Source: Candidatus Latescibacterota bacterium
GTDB lineage: Bacteria > Latescibacterota > UBA2968 > UBA8231
DNA length: 64,000 nt
Reading direction: 5' to 3'
Assembly: GCA_964291625.2 (NCBI GenBank)
Contig: OZ220090.1
Span: forward strand, 320,001-384,000
The notes below the pieces were generated by a model. That model was given only the letters and a program-made list of their open reading frames with translations, ran no database searches and was not told the origin of the DNA. Made by a program: the position numbers and the translations under genes. Positions 18,022-28,244 of the stretch are shown here, in pieces (the stretch's first letter is position 1; every line of letters starts with the position of its first letter).

Positions 18022-19291
18022 ATGACTCGCAATACCGTTGCCCGCGATCAACCCCGCGAGCACGCCCGCTATGGAGCCGCTTCCCAGGAGGAGGCCCGGG
18101 GACCGCTGCCGCAGCCCTTCCCGCGGCAGATCGGACCGCGGGCCATGGAGTACCTCCAGGAGGTCGTCGACTCCGGGCTCACCAGCGACCTGGTGACTCG
18201 CTTCGAGCAGGCCTTCGCCGAGGCCCACGGCGCCGCCCACTGCATCGCCACGCCGGGCTGCACGCCAGCCCTGGCGGTGCTGGCCGCGGCCTTCGACTTC
18301 GAGCCGGGCGACGAGATCGTGGTCAGCTCGGTGAGCGACTACGGCACGGTGCAGGGCCTGATCAGCGCCGGCTACATCCCCGTCTTCGCCGACACCGCTC
18401 CGGGCACCGTCATCGTCAGCGCCGAGACCGTCGAGGCCTGCATCTCCGAGCGCACCCGGGCCATCCTGGTGGTGCACCTGACGGGGCTGATCTGCGACAT
18501 GGACGGGATCAACGAGGTCGCGGCGCGCCACGGGCTGGTGGTGTACGAGGACGCCTGCCAGGCCGTCTTCGGCCGCTACAAGGGCCGCTGGGCCGGCACC
18601 CTCGCCGCGGCGGGCGCCTTCTCCTTCGACTCGGAGAAGACCATGGGTTCCGACGTGGGGGGCTGCATCCTCACCGACGACGACCGGCTGGCCGAGCGGG
18701 CCCGCTTCGTCGGCCAGAGTCGCGGCGGCGAGATGGTCGAGCACTTCGGGCGGGTGCACACGGTGAACGGCTTCGCCCACCGCATGACCCAGTCCACGGC
18801 CGCCATCAGCCTCGCCCAGCTGGAAGTCATCCGCCCCCAGGTCGAGCACCGGGACCGCATGATCCGCCTGCTGGGCGCCCTCCTCGACGAGATCCCCGGC
18901 GTCTCGGCCCTGCCGATCCCGCCGGAGACCGAGGTCTACTCCTGCTGGATGGCGGGCTTCACCATCGACCCGGAGCGGTTCCGGTGCGACACCGAGGAGT
19001 TCGGCGCCCGGGTGGGCGGAGGCCGGCATCCCGGGGGCGGGGCAGGCGCGCTACTACCTGCTGCCGGCGGCGTTGCCCTACCTCGCCGAAGCGGCCGAGA
19101 AGCGCAGCTACCCCTACTCCCAGCCGCCGGCGTCACGTACCTACCGCTACGACGCGGCCACCTGTCCGAACGCGCACGAGGTGCTGGAGCGCTTCGTCCG
19201 GTGGAGCAGCTTCTGCGAGAAGTACGAGCCCCGCCACTGCGAGCAGGCAGCCGAGATCGTGCGCCGCGTCGCCGACGAGTACCGGCGATGA
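18022..19291 (+). CDS. DegT/DnrJ/EryC1/StrS PLP-dependent aminotransferase (frameshift near 19014)
   Basis: FEQAFA, VVHLTG, EDACQA, FSFDSEK. Removing one G from GGG at 19014-16 restores ...RVAEAGIPGAGQARYYLLPAALPY... to the stop at 19291. Confidence 0.85.
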
Positions 19292-20064
19292 CCGGGGCGG
19301 CTCTGCAGCTCGAGGCCCGCTACTACCGGGCCCTGCCCATCGACCGCCCGGGGTACGAGGAGGTCACCCTGTCGCTGCCGGTGGAGCGGACGGCCCTGGT
19401 GGGCATGCACTGCTGGAACATCGGCTGCCCCGACGGTCCGCCCGTGGACGTCGACTACTGCGTCGGCATGGGCTGGCCCCAGTCGACGGAGGAAGCCGGG
19501 CGCATCATGGCCGAGGTCATCCGCCCGACCATGGACGAGGCCCGCTCCATCGGCCTGGCGGTCTGCCACGTGGAGAGCGACTGGATGGATCACCAGTACC
19601 CCCACGTCGAGTCGCGGCGCTCGGGCGAGCCGGGGTCCGTGCATCCGCATCAACAGGAGATGCTCGAACGAGCTCACGGCGTCGACTACATGGAACGCTC
19701 GCCCCTGGCGCAGATGCGGCGCGCCGAGGTCGTCTCGCCGGTGGGGGACGAGCCCCTCGTGTTCTACACCGACGTGCTGGACGAGTACCTGCGCAGCTGC
19801 GGCGTGGAAACCCTCATCTACATGGGCTTCGCCGCCGACATGTGCCTCCTCGGCGCCGAGGGGGGAGCCCGGGCGATGCTGGCTCGCGGCTATCGCTGCG
19901 TGGTCATGCGCGACGCCACCGTCGGCGTGGAGACCCCCGAGAGCTTCCCGCGGCGGCTGGCCACCAACTACGCCCTTCACATCTTCGAGTGGACCCTCGG
20001 CTTCGGCTGCACCTTCGCGCAGTTCCGCGAGGCCGTCGACCAGGTGAGAGGTGAGCGATCATGA
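19288..20064 (+). CDS. Isochorismatase/cysteine hydrolase family protein
   Basis: ERTALVGMHCWN, GVETLIYMGFAADMC, VVMRDAT; ATG overlaps the DegT stop (ATGA). Confidence 0.8.
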   Translation: MTGAALQLEARYYRALPIDRPGYEEVTLSLPVERTALVGMHCWNIGCPDGPPVDVDYCVGMGWPQSTEEAGRIMAEVIRPTMDEARSIGLAVCHVESDWMDHQYPHVESRRSGEPGSVHPHQQEMLERAHGVDYMERSPLAQMRRAEVVSPVGDEPLVFYTDVLDEYLRSCGVETLIYMGFAADMCLLGAEGGARAMLARGYRCVVMRDATVGVETPESFPRRLATNYALHIFEWTLGFGCTFAQFREAVDQVRGERS

Positions 20065-21065
20065 GCCTGGGCATCTGCCCCTGGAAGTACGGCAAGCGCT
20101 GGGTCTACTCGATCACCTACGACGAGGCCCTGGCCGACCTGCACCGGTACGCCGTCCCCATGCACGAGGAGTACGGCATCCCCGGCCACGTGGAGATCCT
20201 CGTCGGCCAGATGGGCGAGATCCGCGTGGCCGGCAACTCCAGCTACAACGGCTTCCGCCACATGAACGGGGAGGAGTTGCGCGACTTGCTCGCCCGCGGC
20301 TGGGGCGTGGGCAACCACTCCTGGAGCCACGAGGTGATCACCCCGGAGATGGTGGACGAGGAGATCGGCCGCGCCAAGCGGGTGCTGGAGGAAGCGATCG
20401 GCGAGCCGATCATGCTCTACTGCTCGCCCGGAAACAACACGAACATGGCCGATCACGTCCTCCGAGCCTGCCGCCGCTACGGGTACCTGGGCGCCATGAG
20501 CCTCACCGACGCGCTCAACCTTCCCGGGGACGAGCTGTTCTGGATCAACCGCACGGCCCTGCACGACCACTACTACGAACCGTTCTACAGCGCCTACGAT
20601 CCGTACCGCAACATCCGCCAGGCCGAGGCCGTGCAGGGCTGGCTCATCGACTACTGCCACTGCCCGCTGGAGGAGCCCGTCCATCCCAACAAGGACTGCT
20701 CCGAGGCCCAGCTGCGGCAGCGGCTGGAGACGGTCCTGTCAGAGGGCGGAGACGAGGTCTGGTGCGCGGTGCCCGAGGAGGCCCTCGGCTATCACCTGAC
20801 GCGGCGCCACGCACGGATCGAGACCGTCGAGGACGGAGCCGAGGGGCAGCGCTATCGCATCGGCCTGGCGGGACTGCCGGAGCAGGTGCCGTACCGCAGC
20901 CTGACCCTGGAGGCGGACGTGCCGGCGGCCTGGTGCCGGGACCCGCGCGTTGTCGTGGACGGGCGGGAGCTGGCGGCGGAGGTGGCGCGGCCCGGGGTGC
21001 TGCGGGTGACGGCGACTGTGCGGGACGGGACCGCGGTCGAGATCAGGGTCCCGCCGCGCCCTTGA
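20061..21065 (+). CDS. Polysaccharide deacetylase (NodB/CE4-like) family protein
   Basis: SITYDE, GNHSWSH motifs. Confidence 0.8.
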   Translation: MSLGICPWKYGKRWVYSITYDEALADLHRYAVPMHEEYGIPGHVEILVGQMGEIRVAGNSSYNGFRHMNGEELRDLLARGWGVGNHSWSHEVITPEMVDEEIGRAKRVLEEAIGEPIMLYCSPGNNTNMADHVLRACRRYGYLGAMSLTDALNLPGDELFWINRTALHDHYYEPFYSAYDPYRNIRQAEAVQGWLIDYCHCPLEEPVHPNKDCSEAQLRQRLETVLSEGGDEVWCAVPEEALGYHLTRRHARIETVEDGAEGQRYRIGLAGLPEQVPYRSLTLEADVPAAWCRDPRVVVDGRELAAEVARPGVLRVTATVRDGTAVEIRVPPRP

Positions 21066-21087
21066 CCGAACCAGCGGGATCGAGGCC

Positions 21088-21849
21088 ATGAGCACCGACG
21101 GGTTGGTGGCTTCCGAGTACGACAAGGCGGCGGACTTCTACCTGAAGTGGCTGGACAGGAACGTCCCGGACAGAGACCGGCGTATCCCGCAGTCGGTGGA
21201 GGTCATGCTGGCCATGCTGGGCGATGTCCGGGGGATCCGCGTATGTGACCTGGGATGCGGTGAGGGATACTTGTCGCGCATCCTGGCGCGCCGGGGGGCC
21301 CTGGTCACGGGTGTCGACATCTCACGGAATCTGCTACGCCATGCGAGGGAGCATCCCGATGGCCGCGGCATCACCTGGCTTCTGGAGGATGCGCAGTCGC
21401 TGGATCAGCTCTCCGACGGCGGCATGGACGCCGTCTTCTGCCACATGGCGCTCATGGACATCCCCGACCTGGAGGCCACACTGTCCAGCGTCCGCCGGGT
21501 CCTAGTCGACCATGGCCGGTTCGTCTTCACGATTCTGCATCCGTGCTTCTTCTCCCCCTTCGATGCGGAGAACCCCGGGGAGGATCTCGACGAGGAGGGG
21601 AGGTTCAGGGCCGTGCGGGTTTCACGGTACGGCCTTGAAGGCAAGTGGTACTCCGGTGGAAGCGGGATGTGCGGGACCCTTGGCGGCCACCACCGGACCC
21701 TCTCTACCTACCTCAACACCCTGATCAGCAGTGGATTCCAGCTCTCCGAGATCTCGGAACCGCTTGATCCTGCAGACCCGGAGGAGAGGCGCCGGGAGAG
21801 CGTGGTGCCCACACTCCTGATCGCAAAGGCGGTCGCCCTGCCGTCATAG
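21088..21849 (+). CDS. Class I SAM-dependent methyltransferase
   Basis: VCDLGCGEG, GVDIS, HPCF, HRTLSTYLN. Confidence 0.88.
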   Translation: MSTDGLVASEYDKAADFYLKWLDRNVPDRDRRIPQSVEVMLAMLGDVRGIRVCDLGCGEGYLSRILARRGALVTGVDISRNLLRHAREHPDGRGITWLLEDAQSLDQLSDGGMDAVFCHMALMDIPDLEATLSSVRRVLVDHGRFVFTILHPCFFSPFDAENPGEDLDEEGRFRAVRVSRYGLEGKWYSGGSGMCGTLGGHHRTLSTYLNTLISSGFQLSEISEPLDPADPEERRRESVVPTLLIAKAVALPS

Positions 21850-21869
21850 GTGCTGAGCTCGTCGGCGGG

Positions 21870-22475
21870 TCAGGGCTTGCGCGCCAGCAGCTGTACCACC
21901 GCCTCCCGCCTTCCGTCTTCGAGCCTGTTCACCCTTTCCGCGAACCGCAGCAGCTCCCAGCCGGCAAAGGCCAGCCGCAGTTCCCGCGGGTCGGCGAGGT
22001 GGTCGGGGTTGCGGGGGCCCCAGCCGAGTCCCGCCTGGGCCCTGGCATAGGTCTGAAAGAGGAAGTGGCCGCCGCTCCGGAGGGCCGACCTGACAGCAGG
22101 AAAGACCGCCGGCTCGTGGAAGTAGAGGTTCGTCACCAGGTCCCAGCAGTCGACGCCGGCGTCGAAGGAGAGCACGTCGGCCGCGATCGTCTCGACCTCG
22201 ACGCCGCGCTCGGCGGCCAGCCGGCGGCACCACGCCAGCCCGGCGGGAGCGATGTCGACGGCGGTCACCTCGAAACCGACCTCCGCCAGGAAGACGGCGT
22301 TTCGGCCGGCTCCGGCGGCCAGGCACAGGGCGCGGCCCGGTCTCAGTTTCCTCGCTTCTACCGCGAGAAACGGCACCGGCCCGCGGTTCGGCTCGAAATC
22401 GCCGGCGCGGTACCGGGACTCCCACTTCTCCCTGGAGGTACTGGTTCCTGCGGACTTTCGCGCTTTGCCCGGCAA
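21870..22475 (-). CDS. Class I SAM-dependent methyltransferase (TehB-like)
   Basis: WESRY, ALCLAAGAGRNAVFLA, VTAVDI; start approximate. Confidence 0.8.
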   Translation of the reverse strand: MPGKARKSAGTSTSREKWESRYRAGDFEPNRGPVPFLAVEARKLRPGRALCLAAGAGRNAVFLAEVGFEVTAVDIAPAGLAWCRRLAAERGVEVETIAADVLSFDAGVDCWDLVTNLYFHEPAVFPAVRSALRSGGHFLFQTYARAQAGLGWGPRNPDHLADPRELRLAFAGWELLRFAERVNRLEDGRREAVVQLLARKP

Positions 22476-22489
22476 GAGACGCTCGATCC

Positions 22490-23515
22490 TCAGTTTGCGG
22501 CCCGGAAGAACACGGACTTCGGAGCGGTCATGCCATCCAGGACGCCCGGGAGACGGATCTCCTTGCGGTAGACCCGGCCCGCATTCGACAGCCGTTGCAG
22601 GGCCCCATAGACGCTGGCGTCATCCTGTCTCAAGCCATCCCCCGGCAGCTCCTTCTGCAGGCCGCGCTTGATCGCGCCGAAGTGCCGGCCCTTCTCCGAT
22701 GACAGCAACCGCAGCACGAGCTCATCCGTCGTCCCGGCGTCCGGAAGGTCGGACACGGTTCCGGGCTCGGGCTCGATCCGACGGGTCTCCACGCCGAAGG
22801 CCCCGATCGACACCGAGGCGTTCGGCTCGATCTCCCTTCGTGAGCTGCACGGCTCGGGGAGCGCCATCGATGTCGTTGCGAGACAGGCGCCGTGCCTCGC
22901 CATACCCACCACGAGAGGCTTGTTGATCCGCGAAGCGATCAGGCGATCCGGCGCGTCGACGTGGACCATGGCGCCGGCGATCTCCGCCGGGAAGCGGGAG
23001 TAGGCATGAGACAGATCCTGCGACGGGTCCCCTGTCCCCGCGTCCTCGATGAGGTTGCACATCACCTCACTCCCGTGGACGACGGATCCGTCGGGCAGCG
23101 CCATCTCGTAGTCGCCCTGGGAGCTCGGCTCTCGAGTGGTGAAGTCGACCCCCTTCCCGAAGAGCTGCAACGCAACATCCGACCCATCCCACAGGGAACG
23201 GAATGCGCCCACGTCGCCGTGGCTCATGTATGCAAGACGGCCCGAGGACGAGACGAAGGGCTGGGCCCACTCTCGCCCCCCGCCGCTCCGGGTCCTGCTG
23301 TGGAGGATCCCGACCGAGCCGGGGAAGTCGGCGGCGTCGGTACTGCGCAGGAGCACCGAGAGGTCGCCAATGACCTTTGCGCAGTGGATCGCGCCGTCCC
23401 AGATCGTCGCGATCCCCGTGTAGAAGCCGCCGGCGAATCCCTCCTGCTTCCTCGCCATCTCGATGAGAACGGGTGCGGCCCGCTCGCTGCCGACGTAGCC
23501 GGACAGATTGCACAT
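22490..23515 (-). CDS. Class II (Ntn) glutamine amidotransferase-like protein with C-terminal winged-helix-like tail
   Basis: N-terminal MCNLSGY (Cys2 nucleophile), GILHSRT, AQPF; TTG start with GGAGG upstream. Confidence 0.78.
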   Translation of the reverse strand: MCNLSGYVGSERAAPVLIEMARKQEGFAGGFYTGIATIWDGAIHCAKVIGDLSVLLRSTDAADFPGSVGILHSRTRSGGGREWAQPFVSSSGRLAYMSHGDVGAFRSLWDGSDVALQLFGKGVDFTTREPSSQGDYEMALPDGSVVHGSEVMCNLIEDAGTGDPSQDLSHAYSRFPAEIAGAMVHVDAPDRLIASRINKPLVVGMARHGACLATTSMALPEPCSSRREIEPNASVSIGAFGVETRRIEPEPGTVSDLPDAGTTDELVLRLLSSEKGRHFGAIKRGLQKELPGDGLRQDDASVYGALQRLSNAGRVYRKEIRLPGVLDGMTAPKSVFFRAAN

Positions 23516-23528
23516 CGAAGGCCTCCGT

Positions 23529-24476
23529 CTACTTCCGGTCGCCGGCGCCGTAGCCCCCGTCGAAGAACGTCTTCAGGCCGGGGTGCTCCTGGATGTAGCT
23601 CTTCAACTCCAGGACGATGTTCTCCTGGAGCTGGATGCTGTGGCCGCCGTCGACGGGCAGCACCACGCCGGTGATGAAGGCGGCTTCTTCCGAGCACAGG
23701 AAGGAGACCGCGTTGCCGATGTCTTCCGGCACCCCGGTTCGCCGCACCGGGTACTGCAGCTCGTGAAGCCGGAACCCGGCTTCGTTGGCCACCTCCGACC
23801 ACAGCTTCTCCAGGCCCTCGGTCACGATATGGCCGGGAGCGACGGAATTCACCGTGATCCCCAGGGGCCCGAAGTCGATGGCCATCTGGCGGGTGAGGCC
23901 GATGACCGCCGCCTTCCCGGACTCGTAGATCATGGCTCCCGCCGCCTGCAGCAGCCCGTGGACGGAGGAGATGTTGACGATGCGGCCCACCTCCGTGGCC
24001 GGCGGCGAGCCGTGGCGCAGGCCGCGGCCTTCCCAGGGCCCGGGATCGTATCCCTCGGGCGGTCCCGACTCGGTCATGGCCGGCACCGCGTATTTGGCGC
24101 CCAGGAAGTGGGCCATCACCAGCAGGTCCATCCCCTTGCGCCAGGATTCGACGTCGACTTCCAGGGCGCTGCCGTCCGAGTAGCCGATGACCCCGAAGGC
24201 GTTCTGAACGAGGATGTCGAGGCGGCCGTACTCGTCGACGGCGCGGGCGACCATCTCCCTGGCGACCTCTTCCTTCGACACGTCGCCGAGCATGGAGGAG
24301 GCCCGGCCACCCCCGTCCCGGATGCGCTCGGCGCTGGCCGCCGCGCCGTCCTCGTCGATGTCGACGATGAGGACCGCCGATCCGTCGGCGGCCAGCTTGC
24401 GGGCGATGCCGGCGCCGATCCCGGTGGCCCCGCCCGTCACGATGGCGACCTTGCCGTGCAGCTTCTTCCGATCCAT
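23529..24476 (-). CDS. Short-chain dehydrogenase/reductase
   Basis: GKVAIVTGGATGIG, YESGK, NSVAPG, LPVDGG; carries an insertion of about 25 aa before GRIVNISS. Confidence 0.9.
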   Translation of the reverse strand: MDRKKLHGKVAIVTGGATGIGAGIARKLAADGSAVLIVDIDEDGAAASAERIRDGGGRASSMLGDVSKEEVAREMVARAVDEYGRLDILVQNAFGVIGYSDGSALEVDVESWRKGMDLLVMAHFLGAKYAVPAMTESGPPEGYDPGPWEGRGLRHGSPPATEVGRIVNISSVHGLLQAAGAMIYESGKAAVIGLTRQMAIDFGPLGITVNSVAPGHIVTEGLEKLWSEVANEAGFRLHELQYPVRRTGVPEDIGNAVSFLCSEEAAFITGVVLPVDGGHSIQLQENIVLELKSYIQEHPGLKTFFDGGYGAGDRK

Positions 24477-24517
24477 GGGGTTGCTCCTTGCGGCGAAGAT
24501 GTTGGTGCCCACAGTGG

Positions 24518-27016
24518 TCAGGCGGAGCGGGGGCGCAGGATGGCGCCGCCCCGCCGGACGACATCGAAGGAAAGCTCCCGGCCGCCGGCGCGCAGCCGGA
24601 ACCCGTCTTCCTCCTGGACGACCCACGCCTTGGCCGAGCGGCCGCAGAAGGCGAGGACGAGGACGTCGTCGTCGGTTCCCGCCACGAGCCGCGTAGACGC
24701 CTCGGCGGCATCCGGGAGGAAGCTGACGAGGCTGCCGGCGGCCAGTCCCGAGGGCGCGAAGGGGACCTCCTCGGTCCGCAGTTGCAGGCCCTGTCCGAAA
24801 GCGGCGATCACCTCCACCACGCGGGGTCCGGCTCCGAGACGGGCGCGGTTCCTGCCCAGACCGCGCAGCTCCACCGGGTTGAGCCTGAAGGCCAGCTCGC
24901 CGCTGCCGGTCTCGGGACCCGGTCCGAGGGCCGTGTCCACCGTGAGCCGCGGGCGCCCTGGACAGCTCAAATCGACGAGGGCGAGGTCGCACGGCCCCGA
25001 TGCGCCCGGCGTCTGCAGGGCGCCGCCGAAGGCCAGGGAGGTGTGGGGCCGCAGGTAGAAGGTGCGCGGTTCCTGCCGCGAGGCGAGTCCCTGGGAGTCG
25101 CGGCCCATCTCGCCGAAGGTGGCCGGGTCGTCCTGTCGGCTCCCCTTGCGGTCCAGGACCGCCTCCATCCACGGCCGGCCCGAGCGCCGGTTGAAGCCGC
25201 CCCAGCCGATCTCGGCCTCGTGCCAGGCCCCGATCCTCACCCGGCCCGGCGCCGCCACGGTCACCTCGTGGTTGCGCTGGCTCTGCACCGTGAAGCGCAG
25301 GAGGCCGTCCTCTTCCACGACCACCGCGAAGGTGTTGACCCCGGTGCCGCCGATGCCGCCGGCGCCGTGGCCGGCGTTGAACAGGACCCGGGGACCGCCG
25401 AGCCGCCCCCGCAGCCGGAACCGCAGGCGCAGGCGTCCACCGTCGGCGCGGAACCAGGGGCCGGCGTCGTACTGCAGGGCGTCGCCCCCGCTCAGCCGGA
25501 ACACGGGGCCGCCGGAGCCCTCCAGGAGGCGCAGACCCCGAGGGCGGCGCCGCAGGGCCGCCAGCAGGACCGGGTGCTCCCCGGGCCACAGCCAGTACTC
25601 CTGCCCGGTGCGCCGGCCGGAGACGCGCAGCCGCTGCCATTGCCGGGTGGCCTCCAGGCCGCCCAAGAGGGCGACGACCTCGTTCTGGCCGCCCACGGAG
25701 GGCAGGCTGCCGCAGCCCACGGGCTGGGCCTCGGCGGCGCTGATCGTGCGCAGCACGGGGTGGCCCGCCCACTGCACGTGGAGGTTCATGAAGCCGTGGG
25801 CGACGCCGCCGTCGTAGCCGCTGATCCAGAGGACCGCCGCCTCGGGGCCGTGGCCGCTGCGCATCACCGCGGAGCGGCCGGACCGGGCCGAGAACCGGCG
25901 GGCCAGGGGCGGCGGCCGGCGGGATCTCGCGGGGCGGAAGGCGGGGTCGTAGAAGCAGTAGGCGTAAGGGGCGTAGGAGATCATGCACTCCGCCGTCGAG
26001 CCCTTGACGCCGGCGCCGAAGCAGTAGAGGCGGCCCAGGCGCGGGTCGGCGAGGGCGGCGTCGCGCATGGCCCCGTCGCCCGCCTCCTGGGCCAGGCGCA
26101 GCAGGGCGGGGGAGCAGGCGTCGAGCTGGGTGCCGAGGACGGTGGCGTTGGCGGGGTAGTAGAGCCGGTCGGGGATCCGCCGGGGCGCCGCCCGGTGGGC
26201 GCGGAACCAGGTCAGGGGCCGCCGCAGCCGCCCCGGGGCCTCGCGGGCGAGGTCGATGCCGGTGACGTTGCGCAGGGCCTCGGCGAACTGCAGCAGCCAC
26301 AGGTTCTCCCAGGGCCAGAAGGAGGGCCCGTCCACCGGCTCGCCGGCCGGTCCGCAGCCGTGGGGCAGGATGGCGTGGCGGAAACGGTCGATGACCGCCC
26401 GCACCCACTCCTCGGCGTCGGGATGCTCGCCCAGCAGGTGCAGGGCGGCCACCCCGAAGTGGCCGTTGTCGACGACGGCGTGATGCCCGCCTTCGCGCGA
26501 GCGGCGCTGGCCGTCGACGTCCGGCCACCAGCGCTCCAGGAGCCGCACGAGACAGGCCCGGGCCCGGCGCTTCTCGGCGGCGGGCAGCTCCCCGTCCAGC
26601 AGGTCGAGGGCCAGGGCGAAGGCCTGCATGTAGCGGTTGGCCGTGTAGAAGTGCTCCTCCACGGCGTCGTCGTGGTCCCAGGCCGCCGCCGCCCGCAGCC
26701 AGGCGCGGGCCCGGCCGAGCCAGCGGCGGTCGCCCGTCACCCGCCAGGCGAAGGCGTAGTTCTCGATGAGGGCGGTGGCCTGCATGCCGGTGTAGAAGGT
26801 CAGGTAGAGCTGGTGGTAGGGGTGGGGGCTTTCCGGCCGCCGCGGGATGTGGCGCCACGGCCGCCGGTTCCCGTACAGCTCGCAGTCGGCCAGCAGGTTG
26901 GCGAGGATGCGCCGGCGCACGGGGTCGGCCGGCGCCTCGAAGCGGAAGTCCGGATCGTCGGTGGGCCGCAGCAGGCGCGGCCGCTCGCGTCGGATCACCG
27001 GGAGGGCGGTGGGCAT
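24518..27016 (-). CDS. Heparinase II/III-like (DUF4962-type) lyase with LamG/ConA-like domain
   Basis: Helical-toroid N-part (AFAWRVTGDRRW, ALALD, VVDNGHF, EPVDGPSFW) followed by a beta-rich part with a WHEAEIGW LamG-like motif. Confidence 0.65.
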   Translation of the reverse strand: MPTALPVIRRERPRLLRPTDDPDFRFEAPADPVRRRILANLLADCELYGNRRPWRHIPRRPESPHPYHQLYLTFYTGMQATALIENYAFAWRVTGDRRWLGRARAWLRAAAAWDHDDAVEEHFYTANRYMQAFALALDLLDGELPAAEKRRARACLVRLLERWWPDVDGQRRSREGGHHAVVDNGHFGVAALHLLGEHPDAEEWVRAVIDRFRHAILPHGCGPAGEPVDGPSFWPWENLWLLQFAEALRNVTGIDLAREAPGRLRRPLTWFRAHRAAPRRIPDRLYYPANATVLGTQLDACSPALLRLAQEAGDGAMRDAALADPRLGRLYCFGAGVKGSTAECMISYAPYAYCFYDPAFRPARSRRPPPLARRFSARSGRSAVMRSGHGPEAAVLWISGYDGGVAHGFMNLHVQWAGHPVLRTISAAEAQPVGCGSLPSVGGQNEVVALLGGLEATRQWQRLRVSGRRTGQEYWLWPGEHPVLLAALRRRPRGLRLLEGSGGPVFRLSGGDALQYDAGPWFRADGGRLRLRFRLRGRLGGPRVLFNAGHGAGGIGGTGVNTFAVVVEEDGLLRFTVQSQRNHEVTVAAPGRVRIGAWHEAEIGWGGFNRRSGRPWMEAVLDRKGSRQDDPATFGEMGRDSQGLASRQEPRTFYLRPHTSLAFGGALQTPGASGPCDLALVDLSCPGRPRLTVDTALGPGPETGSGELAFRLNPVELRGLGRNRARLGAGPRVVEVIAAFGQGLQLRTEEVPFAPSGLAAGSLVSFLPDAAEASTRLVAGTDDDVLVLAFCGRSAKAWVVQEEDGFRLRAGGRELSFDVVRRGGAILRPRSA

Positions 27017-28107
27017 CAGAAGTGGTCGGGCTCCCAGTAGATGACCTGGCGCCGGGGGAACCACGCCTCGAGGTCGTCGACCGCCTCGGGGCCGAGGGGG
27101 ATCCCGCGTCCTCGGAGGACGGGCTCCAAGTCGCGGCCGGAAGACTCGCCGAAGAGCATCCGGCAGGTGAGGTCGTGGGGCAGCCGGCGCACCCACTCCT
27201 CCGCTTCGGGCGCGGCCCGGGCGATCAGGGCGTCCAGGTCCATGGGCAGGACCATCATCGAGGCCTCCCCGGTAAGGTGCAGGTCCGCTGCCGAGGCGCT
27301 GACCAGGGCGTCGACGAAGGGATGGGCATGGGGGATCTCGCCCTCCACCCGCTTCAGCCCGGCCGCCGCGCACTCCCCGAGCAGGTAGCCCACGAGGGCT
27401 TCGAGGGCGGCGGCGCTCTGCCAGGCGACTTCGTTCACCCAGGCGCAGCCATCGGAGTTCTCCCAGTTGATGTACCCGCCGAGGTCGCGGCCGTCGCGGA
27501 CGATGGCGGTGGGCAGCACCCCCCGCACGCGGGAAGGGGTGTAGTCCCAGTAGGGGCGGGGGCGCAGCAGGGTGCCGCTGCGGCCGGCGTTGTGGCGCTG
27601 GTAGAGGGTTGCCGTGTCGTCGAGGTCGCGGCTCTCGTCGAAGGAGCGCGCCTCGAGGCTGGACCGTCCCGGCATGGGAGCCGCCTGCCACTCGGCGCGG
27701 AAACCCATGAGGGGGACGCACGACCAGCCCATGCGCAGGTAGAACCGCGCCGGGATCCCCGCGAACAGCAGGCCGAGGTCGTAGCCGGCGTCGCGCAGGT
27801 GCCCGGCCGTGTGCCGCATGAGCCGCGTCGCCAGGCCGCGGCCCCGGTGGTCGGGATGGGTGGTGACGCCGCCGATGCCGCCCATGCGCACCGGCGTGGC
27901 GCCGAGGTGGACCGACCGGTCCCAGATGCGCAGGGCCGACACCAGGCGGCCGTCCGCCTCGATGACCTGGGTGTGCGACGGGCGCCAGGTGGGGTCGCCC
28001 TCGATGTAGCCCCGGTAGCGCTCGTGGCCCCGGGGGTTGTGGGAGGTGCAGAGCAGGTCGATGAGCTCGTCGAGTTCGGACTCGCGGACGGGGCGGATCG
28101 ATTCCAC
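27016..28107 (-). CDS. GNAT acetyltransferase, Eis-like
   Basis: MGGIGGVTTHPDHRGRGLATRLM, FYLRMGW; GTG start at 28107 (alternative ATG at 28218). Confidence 0.82.
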   Translation of the reverse strand: MESIRPVRESELDELIDLLCTSHNPRGHERYRGYIEGDPTWRPSHTQVIEADGRLVSALRIWDRSVHLGATPVRMGGIGGVTTHPDHRGRGLATRLMRHTAGHLRDAGYDLGLLFAGIPARFYLRMGWSCVPLMGFRAEWQAAPMPGRSSLEARSFDESRDLDDTATLYQRHNAGRSGTLLRPRPYWDYTPSRVRGVLPTAIVRDGRDLGGYINWENSDGCAWVNEVAWQSAAALEALVGYLLGECAAAGLKRVEGEIPHAHPFVDALVSASAADLHLTGEASMMVLPMDLDALIARAAPEAEEWVRRLPHDLTCRMLFGESSGRDLEPVLRGRGIPLGPEAVDDLEAWFPRRQVIYWEPDHF

Positions 28108-28244
28108 GGGGATCAGGAAGTCCTGGCGGGCGGGGATGTCGGGGGGAGTCCGAGGTGGTTGCCCGGGGGCGGGGGATGTATCAAGCTCATGGTGGGGGGA
28201 GACAAGATAGAGGCCCATGGGTGAAGGCGCCGGAGGGTGAGTCG

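Noticed and set aside
18022-20064. 680-aa DegT-isochorismatase fusion in the ORF track
   Set aside because: Produced by the extra G near 19014. The true DegT C-terminus is in another frame ending at 19291, and the second gene has its own ATG at 19288.
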